In this document: in pieces, positions 36,289 to 50,186 of the stretch
How the letters are laid out: each line of letters starts with the position of its first letter
Position numbering within the stretch: position 1 is the first letter of the stretch
Source of the DNA: Catajapyx aquilonaris
Lineage: Eukaryota
Direction: 5' to 3'
NCBI GenBank assembly: GCA_000934665.2
Contig: KZ538603.1
Span: 1 to 64,000, forward strand
Length of the DNA: 64,000 nt
Notes under the pieces: model-generated
What the model saw: only the letters and a program-made list of their open reading frames with translations
What the model was told of the DNA's origin: nothing
Databases searched by the model: none
Program-made: the position numbers and the translations under genes

Positions 36289-39200
36289 TTTATGGTATTA
36301 ATATTAATCATTTGTCATTTACGAATAGTGTGATATAATAATAACCTTATAGTGTGCATGAAAAACCCATAAAATTGTGCAAAAAGTAAGTACATTTGGA
36401 GAAAAGCCTATTTTTCCCCAAAAAAGTGATTTTCCCCTTTACAACACTAGTTGGGACAAGTTAGGAAAATGAAATTAATCTATTGTTGTTTATCAAATTA
36501 TTGTTGAAAAGAAGGGCAGAAATGAATTTTTGCGCCATTAGAAAAATGCGCGGTTCGTTTGAAATCTGAGTCATAGGCTCATATGGGGGGGGGACGGGGG
36601 GGACGTCCCCTATCCTCCCGGTGGATCGGCCCCTGGTATATAGCTACCTACTGTTGGAATGGTCAAACACCTGTGGTCAGCCCCAAATTACTGGCCCCTC
36701 TATTTGCAAAAATGCACTACAATTAGCAGCATCGTGTACTCCTATATTATTGTCCCTCCGCCAAATAATTGCAGTGGTTTGTTCCCTTCGCTCCACTCCA
36801 CTGCACCGGCTCCTTTCCGGCTCCCTCCGGGCTGTTCCTTCCAATCCCCAGCTTCCTCCGTAATTTGTACTTTTCCCTACGAGAATTTATCTCATTTTCT
36901 GTGTGCGTCGTATAATTCGTGGACTCGTTCTCAAGCAATTTAACAACCTGATAATAATTATTGGATGTATTGTCGCTGAATTTATTTATTGACTCTTTCG
37001 ATAAACTAACCTACATACCGGGTAGACCTATTTACCCAGAAACGCAGAAAGTTTGTCCAGCCTCGCAGCACTACAATAACAATATTAAATAATATGTAGT
37101 AATTCACGAGGTTTTCATATCATAATTCACGGTAATAACTATTTTTGACATTACCCAGTATTAATACAAGCAGCAGACCTCGACTTAAATAGATCCGGAG
37201 TTACGTAAAAAAAAATCCGACATACGCAAAAACTATGCGGAATTTACGGAGAAAGGGATTCCGAAACGTCAACACTTTTCCGCACTTTTCACCGGGTCCC
37301 AGATTCTTTTCCAATCGGTATCTCAATAATATTGGAGGCTGTGGTACCTGGCACCAGGGCAGCAAAATGTGTTGTCGTCTTGGAGTATTGCAAAAGGTAC
37401 AGTATGTAGGCCATGTAGGCCTACAGCAATATAACAATCATGGCTCAGAGTTAAGTAAAATAATTCGACTTACGCATAGGGCTACGGAACAATCGAACCT
37501 ACTTACGTAACTCGGGGGGCTCTCCGTATATTGTCGAGAAACCAATAGTGTTGGTTGCATGAGATTCGCCGCGTCATTTGGTGACAAAATGGCTTTTGGT
37601 TATTCAGTATATGGGGAATTAATTATTTTGCGAAATGCTGATCACATGTTCCGGTGACTTTCACCAATATTCTGTGAGTGACATTGGTCACTCTCGTGGA
37701 GACAAGCCTGGATTGTCTAATTGCAAGAAGCCCGTCGTATATTGCCGTTCCAAATGCAGCGTACATCTGGACAGTTCACGTATAGACGGGCTCGGGAGTA
37801 AACAATGGTAAGGGTATGGGTTTTACATATCCCTTACCATTGTTTACTCCCGAACCCTTCTACGTAATTTTAGCCTCCACAGCTACAAATTAAAGTTTTG
37901 ATTGAGGCAATAATTTGTGACCGAACTATATGTTGGCACCAATATATTGGCAACATTTCTGCTGATTTCTGCCTGAGCACGACGATTCATGTTGTATCAC
38001 CTCGTGAGTTGCAGCCGCGTTTGGAAGTGGGAAATGAAGAAAGGTTTCACTAAGTTGTTTGCCCCTATAATTGCGGCAATTTGACTTTATCACGCCCAAT
38101 TTATTGGCGTTTTCTCGACGAGATTCTTTCTTGTACACTTCCCGCTACAAGTAGAGTGCAATGCGGTACGATAAACGTACCGGAGGGGCAGGCAAAGACC
38201 GTGAAATGTTCATCTCCTGCTGCAGGCAGTCCTCTTCCAGGCGCATTAATGTAGTCTTTTACCTTGTACTGGTATAATAATGTATATGACTGCCATCTAC
38301 TACCGACTTCTTCGCAAGGCTGGCGACGGACAGGCAATTTCTGCAACTTTTCATATCCGAACGACCGAGTTTGTAGAGTTGGGGTTCGCAAAACTTTGTC
38401 TCTGAGCCCCGCCCCTCTCTTTCTCCCCCTCCTCCCTCCCTGAAGTGATTGAATTTAAAACCCCGTGGATCTGGTCCAAGGAGTAAGAGTTGGTTGGGTG
38501 GGTTGCAGAGAAAAAGAATGGTGAGTGTGGCGCCGACATGTCGGGACATGTCTGCCATCCTCCGCTATCTAACCCGCCAATCCCCTACGCGCCCTGTCAG
38601 CACGCTTCCTGCAGCAGGCCCCCAAACAAATGATGGCGCTTCCGCGTCTTGCCGGCAATGGAGCCATCCCGCCGTAAAGCCGGCGCCTCCAGACCCCCTG
38701 CGCCATTCCTCCCCACCCCGCTCGACCCATCCCAGACAATCCACTATAGCCATGTCAGAAACCCCTCCCAATCAATGAAAACATGAGGGGGGCTACTGGG
38801 AAGAAGTGCTCCCCATTGCATTACTTCTTCCAAAAACAACTTCCTAAGAGGAGAAGGGGAGGACGAGAAAGGCAATGGTAAAGTTGTATGGCTGATAGGT
38901 AGATGGCTCAGAGGGGGGATTCAACTTCCAGAGCTCCACTTATCGGAACCTGGAAAAACATACAACCAACAATGCACTCAGGGGGGCCAGAAGTCCCTAG
39001 TGTCGCAGGGCTCCTAAAGCATGTGTATGGGAAGGGTTATCGATTGCACAATAATTGCACTTGAGTTTTATTATCATATTATGTATTAAGATGAGATGGG
39101 TGGGGTATGATTCAGGACAAACGAGAGTGTTGGATCTGTATTATAAAAAATTATAGGCGCATAAGTGGATCTCCTCAATATACTGTATACGTACAGTATA

Positions 39201-39612
39201 CATAGGTATCCTTCCCACACGAATTCGCCATTTGTCGCATTGCGGGAAATAAATTATAGTGCTGTCTTCACTGTACGATAACGACAAAGAAATGCCTGCA
39301 GGGTAACCGCAAAGAAAACATAATAATCCCTCCCAATTAAATGACCAAATATCCGCTTCTTGTAAGAACAAAATAATCAGCACATTATGAAGGTACTCGC
39401 CATGCGTCAGGATGAAAGGAACCAGTTACTGGTTCCTTTCATCCTGACGCGTGGCTGCCCGCTCGACGCGACGGGACAATTCTTTTTGAACTGTTGATAC
39501 ACTCATCATGTAAGCCTGTTCATGTAACACAGCTAAGGTCTTATCAAATGCCGTGTTTATTAAATAGACGATACAACGTAATACAACGTACTGTACTGTA
39601 CAGTACAAGATT

Positions 39613-39840
39613 AGTCTGCCGTCAGATATGATAAGACCGTAACTCAATGTCCACTTCCCCTTGCGGCGAGAAAAAAAGCAGTGGTCCCAAAAGCACCCAA
39701 CAGGTGGAGTTGGGGTGCCGTTCCCTTTTTCCCCCTTCCCCCAACGCCACCTCTTGGGTGCTTTCGGTAACACTTGCTTTCTTTTCTCGCCGCAAGGGAA
39801 GTGGATAATGAGTTACGGTCCTCTCACATCTGACGGCAGA
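39613..39840. mobile_element. MITE with ~60-bp TIRs
   Basis: TCTGCCGTCAGATATGATAAGACCGTAACTCA...CCACTTCCCCTTGCGGCGAGAAAA and its complement. Confidence 0.7.
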
Positions 39841-40109
39841 AGTGCCGATACGTGAGGAAGACTCCTATAGGCACGGTTTCTTCAATATATTTTCTTATCA
39901 TCCTGTTGACTTTTTCATCAAAGGGGATTAAATCGCAGAAAATCAACAGATGACGAACAATGTATCTCTCGCCAGGACCTTGAGTACTTGCGGGAGAGTC
40001 ACATAGTGAGAGTAATTAGGTCAGATTCACTCCAACGGGAATCAGTGTTATCACGTCGGATTTCCTCCAAGATTATGTCAGTCAGGACGTCGAAATCATA
40101 GAGAACCAC

Positions 40110-40337
40110 TTTTAGACTTTTTCTCATCATCGAAAAAAAAGTCTTATACAACGGCTCTGTCTGTCTGTCCGTCCGTCCGTCCGTATGTGGACAGGTATCA
40201 GGGCCTAAACCGCAAGAGATATAGCGACAAACGGGTTTCATATTCGGATTAAGCGTGACCAAAATTTGTGTCATGGTCAACTTTCGGTGACCCGTCACTT
40301 CCGGTTTTCCGGGTTCACTATATCCACACATGTCTAC
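40110..40337 (-). mobile_element. Helentron/DINE-1-like repeat, copy 2
   Basis: Reverse complement of 17779-17970, with a (GTCT)n(GTCC)n microsatellite. Confidence 0.6.
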
Positions 40338-42608
40338 TTTACGCCGTTATCGTTGGATTTCAAAATAAGTTTCCCTGGGTTCCTCACCAATTATTGTGTC
40401 GGGGATTTACCCAGGGTTTTACCTGGCGGTCCGGAACAGGCTGTGTAATTAATTCCTGAAGTTGGACCGGTTTGCGATGCAAGTCCTCGGCCGTTTCATA
40501 CTTGAAAGAATGCGAGAAAGTCTACTATAATCATGCTCACGTGATTTGCCAATCTTGTTTCTAGCTTTGTTGAAACTGTGTGTGGGTTTTGAGTTGGAAG
40601 TATGCAATAATAATATCTCCTGCTGATTAATTTGTAAAAGGCTTGTCTTGACCACAAACCTTTGTCGCTGTGAATGGACACGTACATCCCCTCTAGATTT
40701 ATGATCTGAAATCTCTTACGCCTGACCTTATTTAAGCAATATCCTATATGGCTATCCTATGAGCAGGGACAAGATGCTGCTCACAAAAATTATCTCCCTG
40801 AATATCGATGGTTTCGTATAGCGAGCTAGCAAGTGGAGACTTCTTACGTCCTTCAAATCAAGAGGAAGTCCACGAACCTTTGGGATGAGCTACCCACTTT
40901 ACATGTTGTTTGAGACTGTCCCTAAACATATTATCTTTCCATTATAGGCTACAACGATATTAGGACAGATAAAAAGAGTAAACATAGGGTATCAGGAGAG
41001 AGACATCATCCTTGAATAAATATACCTCCCGGAGGTTGTGAGGAATATCGGTGCAAAAACAAAACAAAACTTATTTCATAGCTCTCCGTAGTTTCTGTTT
41101 TTGTAATCTTTGCAGTATATGGCGAAGAAATTGGTGCAGATTCTGTTTACTTATTTTTGGGCAGTTTGCAGCATTTCATAAGACTAAGTTTAATTTGGCT
41201 TTTAAAAACCCCCTACTATATAGATGTGTAACATTTTAAAACTCATATTTTGAGCTTTCTCCCTTGAACATTGCCCATTTACTCTCAGCATTGAGTAGCC
41301 CTACATTAGAAAAGATATTGGTGAAGATCCGACGGCGTCGAATGTGTGGAATTGTGTTTTCTGAAACACCTGCTTACTCCGGACACACTAACTGTAAGTG
41401 TCATTAGCATAGATTACAATTGGCTCAAGTCCATTCCGATTCGCAGTATTTTTATATACATTTGTAGCAACAAATCTTTAGTATAGTTGATAGCCACGCT
41501 ATACGTTTCTCTTTTTCACAGTAGGCTACCTGAAATACCTGGAGCGACCAGGAGCTTCACAAGCCAAATGTATTGGACAAACCTCCACTGTCATACTTCC
41601 AAATATGAGACAGCTGGAGATCACCTGAACAACTCTGAAACAACACACCTCGGGTTATCCACCAACCTTCATTAGCGTCGAAAATTTTACAATAATATAC
41701 TGTATTATGTTGAGCTTGCATAATTATTTCAGGCCACTAAAATAATCTGACCGGGTGGGAAAAGATCGCCGACTCTGTCCTAGTCAACCTGTAAAACTCT
41801 GGTCTCCCGGGTCTCCCTATAATGTGCACTTACATAATATAGAAAGATTTGTCAGTACTGATTTTACTGATCAAAATATTGATGTGGCAGTCATAATTTT
41901 GAAATTGAAACTACAGTTTTTACAATGTACTCAAAATTAATTGTCATTACAAAGGAAATAACTTAATTGCTATGGTTCGAAGACTACTGCCACTAAAATT
42001 AGTCCCATTACAGAGAATGGATGGGAAAGGAGGGGAAAAGGGAAGTGGGGGGAAAGAAAATCGGCATAGGGGAAGCGCACAGATTATATGGTTTATACTC
42101 TGCCGTAAGGGGAGCGAAGTAGCAGTAGCGTCGTAAAGAAAGAAAGCCTGCTACTGCAAGCGGTTTATACCTTGGGTTTATATATACTAGCGCGGAGAGG
42201 CTACTCCTGTACGTCAAGCATTGCCGGATTCCTAGTACCAAGCCTAGTACGGTACCCGAAGTGTCCGCCGGGTGTCCGCAGCTCCAGCCTGCCACGGATT
42301 ATGGACCTAAAATTTTTAATTAAATACTAAAAACATCCATTGGTCTCGGAAATGATCTTAATTATTAGCTGGCCAAAAACCTATTCATTCCGAACATTTG
42401 CCTTCTGAGCCAGCATTTTGTCACATACGGCAAGCTTAGCGGAGCCGCCATTTTTTTGTCGTACCGGTCGTATGAAGTAGCTGTAAAGTTGAATTTCCTT
42501 CAACTTTCGCAGCGGCCGTAGGGAGTTGGCATTCATGCCATACTGGCCTGGCGATACAGCAGCAGGCGTGCAGTAAGCTGCCGTAGTGCCCCTTACGTAA
42601 ACCAAGCT

Positions 42609-42758
42609 AATGTACGGAAAATGAGAGAACGATTTGACGTCATCAAGGTTTCCATGGAAATACCCTCACAGAACAATATGAGTAAACAGTGTCAACAAAA
42701 AGCAACAATAATGGGAGAAACGATTCCGTCAGATCGTTCTCTCGTTTTCCGTACATTA
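42609..42758. mobile_element. Small MITE
   Basis: TIRs TAATGTACGGAAAATGAGAGAACGATTTGACG and CGTCAGATCGTTCTCTCGTTTTCCGTACATTA. Confidence 0.7.
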
Positions 42759-43201
42759 CACTACTTAGCCTAGGGCAAGTGGTTGTCAGCCGAGCCAAGG
42801 TTCAATAATGAGTTACAGATTTACACATCAGTGTTGGTTAGGTGTTAACCTTACTGCCTAACAATACCGCCGTTCTGCTGAAAAAATCACATCTGCACCT
42901 TGCGCTAAGGTCATCATTCTTTTGCTTCGTGTTTCCTGGACAAATGACTTGCGTATCGCAATGTGCAATGCGACTTTTTTGGTAGGACGGCAGAATAGCA
43001 GTTCGGGTAAAAATAAGCACTTTATCTTCCTACTGCTGAGGGGGGATTTTTCAGAAATTCGCAAGAGCCCAACTGCGTTGACATCCACCTAAAAACCAAA
43101 TCCAGGAGGTCTGCTGGACGTGGCCTGTCCTACTAGTAAGAAATGGAATACGTGTATGTATACAGTGTATACATGCAGAAACAGGTTACATCATAATGAT
43201 T

Positions 43202-43207
<6 letters not shown>

Positions 43208-43260
<53 letters not shown>
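43208..43260. repeat. (TA)n microsatellite
   Basis: About 26 TA units. Confidence 0.95.
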
Positions 43261-43263
<3 letters not shown>

Positions 43264-45289
43264 TAGTTCTTGAAAGGTTGCATCACACCTGCTATTAGCC
43301 TCCATTTTCAGCATCACCAAAGCACCCAATAATCTGATCCCAGACGAAAAATGTGTACCTATACAACTCTACCCTCATACTGACTGACACAATAGAGTAT
43401 GTTTAAAAACGTTTATTTCTACACCTGACTGGATTGTGAACGCCCAAAATAGCTAACATGCGATATCATCATCTATAACCCATGCTCCTCCCATTTCAAA
43501 AATCTGGGCGAATTCATGCAAGTATACGCTTATATGGGACGGCTATGGAGGCCAAAAACGCAATTCCGCAGTTCTGTGAATGTAGGCCAATATTGACATA
43601 CCCTCTGGAGTTTATTCCAGGTTTCCGTCAGTCATATTACAGAACTTATCCTGTAGTGAACAAACCCAACAAAATATAATGCAAAAGTTACGCCAAAGCC
43701 CAACAAATCTTGGCAGACATGTGCTCATAAAACTTGGAAATTCCCTTGCTCCCGATTTGAACTGTTTTTGCCATTGATTGCAATTTGACCCTTCTGTCAA
43801 TTCCTATATTTATCAAAGCCATGAACTGTATGGAAACTGTACAGTACGTTCTTAACTATATCCGAAGTGTTTATTTAGGATTTATGGGACTTGGGAATTA
43901 TGGCCTCAATATGACGTGAAGTTCAACCCTCGCAAAATGAGAAAAAACGAAGTTTTGGCACATGTGACATCAGCTGACTACTATGGTGAGTTGGAAACGA
44001 GCTCTACACGGCGCTCTGCACAATGAAACTGCAGCAACCCTCTACGGCCCGGGTAGCGAGAATATACCCATTACTCCATTAGCTTCTCTCATGCATGATG
44101 GAGTTTTTGATCCTGCAGGTTATGCTCCCCGTGCTACAGAGCTGCGGTTGCAAACCAGTCAGGATCTATCTCTAAGTTCGTCAAGTGCAAGGCTCGTATG
44201 CTGGGTATGCAGTATACGCTAACCTATGGGTCATATTAGTCATTTTGAGCTACCTAGAGTGGAAATCTTGACTGTAGGCCCGGTGTAGGCCCACCCAATT
44301 TGTTTAAGCATGTTACTGTGATATTTGTTTTATGCTGTGTTTATGATTATGTGAGAATTTCCTAGCTGTTGAACATCTACATTATGCAGTCTTTCCCCTT
44401 GTTTTTGCTCTATGACATAATAATGGGGAACTAGCCTTGGTCTGGGATTTGGGATTTTTGTTCATAACTAGCTAGCCCATGCCTGTAAACATACATTCCA
44501 TCACTTTGTTGCATCAAAATGACATTACTGGATAAATTACGGCGCATTTAAAAGTGCCTTCAAAATTGGCGGGAAAAACGGCGGAGCCGGGTGGTGCCAA
44601 TCGAAAGGGTGCACTGAAATGCCTGGTTGACTGCGAGAGATGAGGAATTTGACTTTGAATTAACCGCGGACACGACGGAAAGCATTCGCAAGGCGGATGT
44701 AGGCCATCGAGGTGGAGAAGGGGGGCCTTTATGTGCCGAATTCGGGTGACAGATAATTCCTACCAGTTGGCATCACTGCCACATACAAAGCGACTTGAGC
44801 GGCCTGGAATAAATACGCGCCCCGGCCGCTTTCTTGCTCACGGAATGGGACAGTTGCTAACAACAGCGAAGCATTTTACGACAATGACGGGGCGCGTTCT
44901 ATAACACCATTTTTGCGTTCATTTCACTTCGCGTGACGTCAACATTTTCTAGGCTGACAGTGACGTCACCAGTAGCCTACATAAAAACCCCAATTACTCC
45001 GGAACTGAAACTGATATCTTGAAACGGAATATGCCAAAAAAATCCAAAAAATGTGGGCGAATTTATTATGTAGTTTCCAAAATGAAGGCTGCTTCCCCAT
45101 TATAGTAGTGAGATTCCATGTCAGGATATGGCGGGTGTGGGTGGGGGGAAGTATATCTGTAGACACATGCTTAGAAATATACGGTAGGCTAACTGCTGGA
45201 TATGGTCTTTGCTACATTCATAGCATCAACAAGGTAGGGCAAGCATTGCTCACTTGGCCCAGGGAAAAAATTAATGATCATGTACAATT

Positions 45290-45544
45290 GAGGGGTCTGG
45301 TGGAAAAGGGTGATAACCATCATTTTTGTCATTTTTGATATAAACACATAGCAAGTTTTATGTAAAAGACATGACAAACAGTTTGGTATAGGCTACTCCA
45401 AGTTCACGTATCATGCACGATACTGCAACACGGACTAGAACAAACCTGCATTCCCTATGATTTGTGAAGAGAATGCTAACTTCAATTCGCTCCCCTGAAG
45501 AATTACACTTTTGTGGGTTATCACCTTTTTCCACCAGACCCCTC
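45290..45544. mobile_element. Sola-like MITE with AATT TSD
   Basis: TIRs GAGGGGTCTGGTGGAAAAGGGTGATAACC and GGTTATCACCTTTTTCCACCAGACCCCTC, with AATT on both sides. Confidence 0.85.
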
Positions 45545-45606
45545 AATTTATACTAGGAAACCAAAATTGAGTAGAATATTATAGGAGCCTATACACTGCA
45601 TGTGTA

Positions 45607-45690
<84 letters not shown>

Positions 45691-45966
45691 TCATACCCCG
45701 TTATCATCCGGCGGCTCTTTAGGGGGGAAATTTTTGTTTTGACTGGAACTCTTTGCTTTCATTTTATTTGCTTTTTGGGATAGGATAGGGACGGAAGGAA
45801 GCGGCTGTAGCCTGTTTTTACGGAAACGACCCCGGAATTATCCTGGGAGGACCGTGGAAAACCACAGAAAACCACGGTCAGGGTCGCCGGCCGGCCCCGG
45901 GATTCGAACCCAGGACCTCCCGATTAGCAGGCGGACTCCATATCCACTACACCAACCTGCTTCGGT
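45607..45966 (-). mobile_element. tRNA-derived SINE, family A, copy 3
   Basis: Reverse complement of family A, with B box GGTTCGAATCC and a (TAA)n tail on +. Imperfect TSD ACACTGCATGTGTA / ACACTGTATATGTGTA. Confidence 0.88.
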
Positions 45967-47529
45967 ACACTGTATATGTGTACAAATTTTGAAAGCGAAA
46001 AATAACCTTGAACATTTTCTTGGAACTTACCAGAGGGAATGCACACAAGAGAGACATTAATGGCAATTTTTCCTGATAACCGTAGTCAGAGAATCTCTGT
46101 AACGTCCCAAAGAAGCCCATCCACTCCTATACCTGGAACAGGTGAGCACTCAACCACCCGATGGACATTATTTTGTCTCTGTCAGGTTGCCCCAAGGGCT
46201 TGGTTATGATATCATCATCGCCTATAACTGACAAACATCTGGTGGAAAGTAATCACCCGTTCACCTGGCCTGAACATGAGAGGCTGCCCCCAATGCAATC
46301 GCAACCAATTTTTTTTTGTTACGGCAACCGCGTGATTTTGGTTCTGCCAAGTGCAGTTTTGGTTGAATCGACCCTTTAGCACTCTACCAAATATTTTTGG
46401 TTACTTCAACTTATTCCTTTTTTTCGGTGCGGTGTTTTTGGTCAACGATATCTCGTCAACGGTGCAAGATGTCGCAAAAATAACGACTTTTCACCCCAAA
46501 GGGGCGCAACTTTTCATTTTTAGGCCGGATAAGTGTACTCGCACACCAAAAAGCGAAAACCAGGTAGTTGCGTCACTTACGCCCCTGGCGGCCTCACGAT
46601 AATAACCCACATGACTCAGATTTTTTACCCGTTAAAAGGATCGCCCAACACAGCTCTTTTCACTAGCGAACTACAACTTTCGAAGAAAAAAAATCGAGCC
46701 GCCCTACTGTACAAGTATTTGCCCGATCAACCTTTTTACAGGATGTATCAATTATACATTTTGCATAATTTCAACGGAATTTGGCTGCTATAGATCCAGA
46801 ACTCACAGCTATCGTGCCAGAATGTCCTAGGCTGGGATTCGCCTTGTTATTGGCAACGCGGAAAATCACGCATAACTACTACTGCTTGTGATCTGTTAAT
46901 TGAAGCAATACTGAATTGATTTATTTAAGTTGGCAAGTGAATAAAATATTGCACTCTAGGCTTTCACTGTGGAAGAATACTAGACCTAACTAGCAGAAGA
47001 ATGGGCTGCTTTCAAAGACTTAGAAGGGGACACAAAAAAAACTCACCCAAAAACTTTTTGCACTGTTGTCGGACTGTTGTCCATCCCATCTATTATGTAT
47101 GCCAAGGACAGAATTTCTTTAACCTGCTATTTCCCAATAAGAGGTCATTCCCATATGCCAGATTCGTTGGCCGTGTAGAGCAACAAATAAATAAGACAAA
47201 AATTGTTTTGTTGCCAAAAGAATGGCTTGCGAGTTCAGTCTTCGCTTATTTTTAGTGTTGACTGCATGCTGGTATACTGCATCAGTGTCTGGAAAACTGC
47301 AAGTGACAAGATTTTTAAAATGTGGAATCATGCACTGACACAATAAATAATTATAGATTTTATTATAATTCAGGTTAGTGATAGTGAACAATATATATAT
47401 GCGACATTCAAATGGGAACACCATCTATATACCATTGCACTACCAAAATAAAGTAGCCTACTGTAGACTACAGGTATATAGGCTATAACGTAAGAATATT
47501 CTGGAAGCTGACCATCAACTTGATGTTGA

Positions 47530-47700
47530 TAGTTGAGGCCATTGAGGCTGTCATCCAAGAGGTCCCGGTTCGATCCCAGGTGCCGACCATCCTGACTGGG
47601 GTTATCTGTGGATTCCCAGGTCACTTCTGGGACAATTCCGGGATCCAAGTTGGCTTCCATTTTTGAATGGGGCCCACCCACTTCCCTCTCTCCCTATACT
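47530..47700 (+). mobile_element. Older degenerate tRNA-derived SINE
   Basis: B box GGTTCGATCCC followed by a core (CCTGACTGGGGTTATCTGTGGATTCCC...AATTCCGGG) resembling family A. Confidence 0.6.
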
Positions 47701-49285
47701 CTTCTCCCGTAGTTCTGTGATGTACAAGAAGTGGTAGGCGATTGGCCAATGATAAGTTGGTTCGGCGGTGAAAATGCCCCTCATCGGCGCTAAAACCCCT
47801 GATCCACAACACAACCCGACCAATCTTGCTAGCAAATAACGTGCCATTGTTTTGGAACGCCATGCCTTTTTATCGAATTTTGGCGAGCAAACTTTAGTGT
47901 TTGAATTCATTTTGTGCAAGAACTTATTATACTGTATGATGAAGATAATCTTGTTAGTATCTTTATAATAGCCTGTATAATTATGTTGACATTATCAACA
48001 GAAATTATTCAATACAAAACATTAATATGAAGCATGTAAATGGAGAAAAAGTTATAAACTACATGCACAACAACTGAAACAGCCTCAATCTAAGTGTGCA
48101 TCTATGCAATGTAGCCTACTCTTGCACACATGACTCAATATAAAAAAATTGGAGTGAGAAACAAAATTATTCTGGACCAGTCTTTCATTTCGAGCCGAAG
48201 CGACGGGGGAAGTTGGCTAAGGGAGCGCGCTCTTTTGTTATAGCATGATAGATAAGATAGGGCTTGATTTATGAACCAATATGTCGACTTTTTGATCATT
48301 TCCTCCTACTAGTAATGCTCCGTCTTCATTTATTACACCCGAGGCCATTTTGTAGATCAAATGGCTACTTACGAAACAGACATTAGTTCTCAGTCATAAA
48401 GTCAGCTTAATCATCGCTTTTGATTTATGTACTATTCAGTAACGCCACTGTAATGTTGTCATCATTACGCATATTTCGCAGAGATACAAAATTCATAATT
48501 TTAAATGATTATGGAGAATAGGAAAATTTTAATAATGTAAGTGACAGTAACTTGCCGCGCTTCATTGCAAGCACTCGCAAGTATGGCGAGGATCCTAACT
48601 ATAGACCTACCCATATAATTATGTCAACAATGTCAATGAGACATCCAATGTATCATGTCATGAGGGTCGTGCAAGCAGATTAACCAATAGCCCTTTTGCT
48701 GGAGCTATAGAGAGTTAGAGACAGGTGGCCAAGGTTTTTTTTGCACTTGGAATATGAGTGCATATGGGTTTTGTCCGTATATCGAAAGAGCCGTGTTTGG
48801 GTAAACAAGGGCAGAGAGGCAGGTAAAATGTGCTAAGGCCAATTCAAATGTTGCATTCGACAGCACTCCGTCTGTTTCAACCTATACTGTGAAAGTGCTC
48901 TAGCAGGGAGTAGCATGGACTCGGGCGCCTGCTACATTCGTTTCAGTCTGTGTGCAATCATTTTGGGATTTACTGGATATGATGTCATAATGCCGCAGAA
49001 AACATGTGAGTAGGTTTTTAGTGGGTAGCTCTGCTATGATCAATAAGGTAGATGATAGAAAAACAAACTGTACACCACCACTTGTGCGCAGCCATATGCA
49101 TAAGTGCATGTTTGTAGCGAGAATTCTCACGTGCCGGTGTCGTATACGTATTTTCTCAAGTGACATGTGTCATACACATTCACCATCGCTGACAGCAGGA
49201 CGAGCACGAGCAGCAAGAGTGAAATGGCTCATGGGACTGATAGGATATAATCCATAAAGAATGACTCTTGGGATCGCATTGTGCA

Positions 49286-49426
49286 TGAAAATGCCGTATA
49301 GGGTACGTAAGCCATGGCTTACGTACCCTATACGGCATTTTCACGAAAACCACCATTAGCCTACATACCTACCATACAATGATGCATCATTGTATGGTAG
49401 GTATGTAGGCTAATGGTGGTTTTCGT
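49286..49426. repeat. Two abutting perfect loop-less palindromes (58 bp and 84 bp)
   Basis: 49286-49343 is centred on CCA|TGG; 49343-49426 is centred on GATG|CATC. Confidence 0.95.
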
Positions 49427-49688
49427 ATTTAACCAGTGGTTCATGTCATCGAGTGCAGTACATTGTGAGGTTCGTAGTCTTCGTACAAGTCCTTTAATGC
49501 TTAATAATTTATCATCTCTTGGTAATGCCCATCATCACTTTCCTCTGGCCTGAAGAGTCAGTATAAGTGAAAGCGTATCCCAGTATACTGTACTACTGTA
49601 CATGGTATAGGCATACTAACTTTATAATCCTTCATTAAAACTGAGACAGGTAAATAATATTTTCCATCTTTCATTTTAATGCATAAAT

Positions 49689-49883
49689 ATGTACATTTAG
49701 TGTATTTTAAAATCCACATAGAACTATGTACATTTAGTGTATTTTAAAATCCACATAGAACTATGTACATTTAGTGTATTTTAAAATCCACATAGAACTA
49801 TGTACATTTAGTGTATTTTAAAATCCACATAGAACTATGTACATTTAGTGTATTTTAAAATCCACATAGAACTATGTACATTT
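49689..49883. repeat. 37-bp minisatellite, about 5.3 identical copies
   Basis: Unit ATGTACATTTAGTGTATTTTAAAATCCACATAGAACT. Confidence 0.95.
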
Positions 49884-50186
49884 TAAATTCATATAACACG
49901 TGAATAAAATTGCACTCAATGCATATAGCCTACGAGAGTATTTACTCATTAAAATGAACAATGTAATGTAATTAACACCTGCCCCAGTTCTAAGCTGGCA
50001 AGTGAATAAAATAACGCACTCCAGGTTTTCAGTGCATACGCTTACTCGTTACCTTGCTGGTTACTAGTTGTTGCCCGATGACACAGTTACGCGACATAAC
50101 CTCGCAGTGTGAGCATCTCAATTCAAATGCAGGCTACGTATTTATGGTTGTTTTAAAACAATACATCGCTTTGCGGTCTTTTAGAA

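Larger units (their letters stand above)
34816..36635. mobile_element. Possible P/hAT-like non-autonomous element carrying nested SINE and Sola fragments
   Basis: Termini CAGGGGCGGATCCA and TGGATCGGCCCCTG, with GTATATA on both flanks. These could instead be two independent ends. Confidence 0.5.

Noticed and set aside
40630..40690. Kazal-like CTCP...VCGQD peptide on the minus strand
   Set aside because: Hits a stop before the remaining cysteines; likely chance.
49689..49883. 37-bp repeat as a CRISPR array
   Set aside because: Head-to-tail with no spacers; it is a minisatellite.
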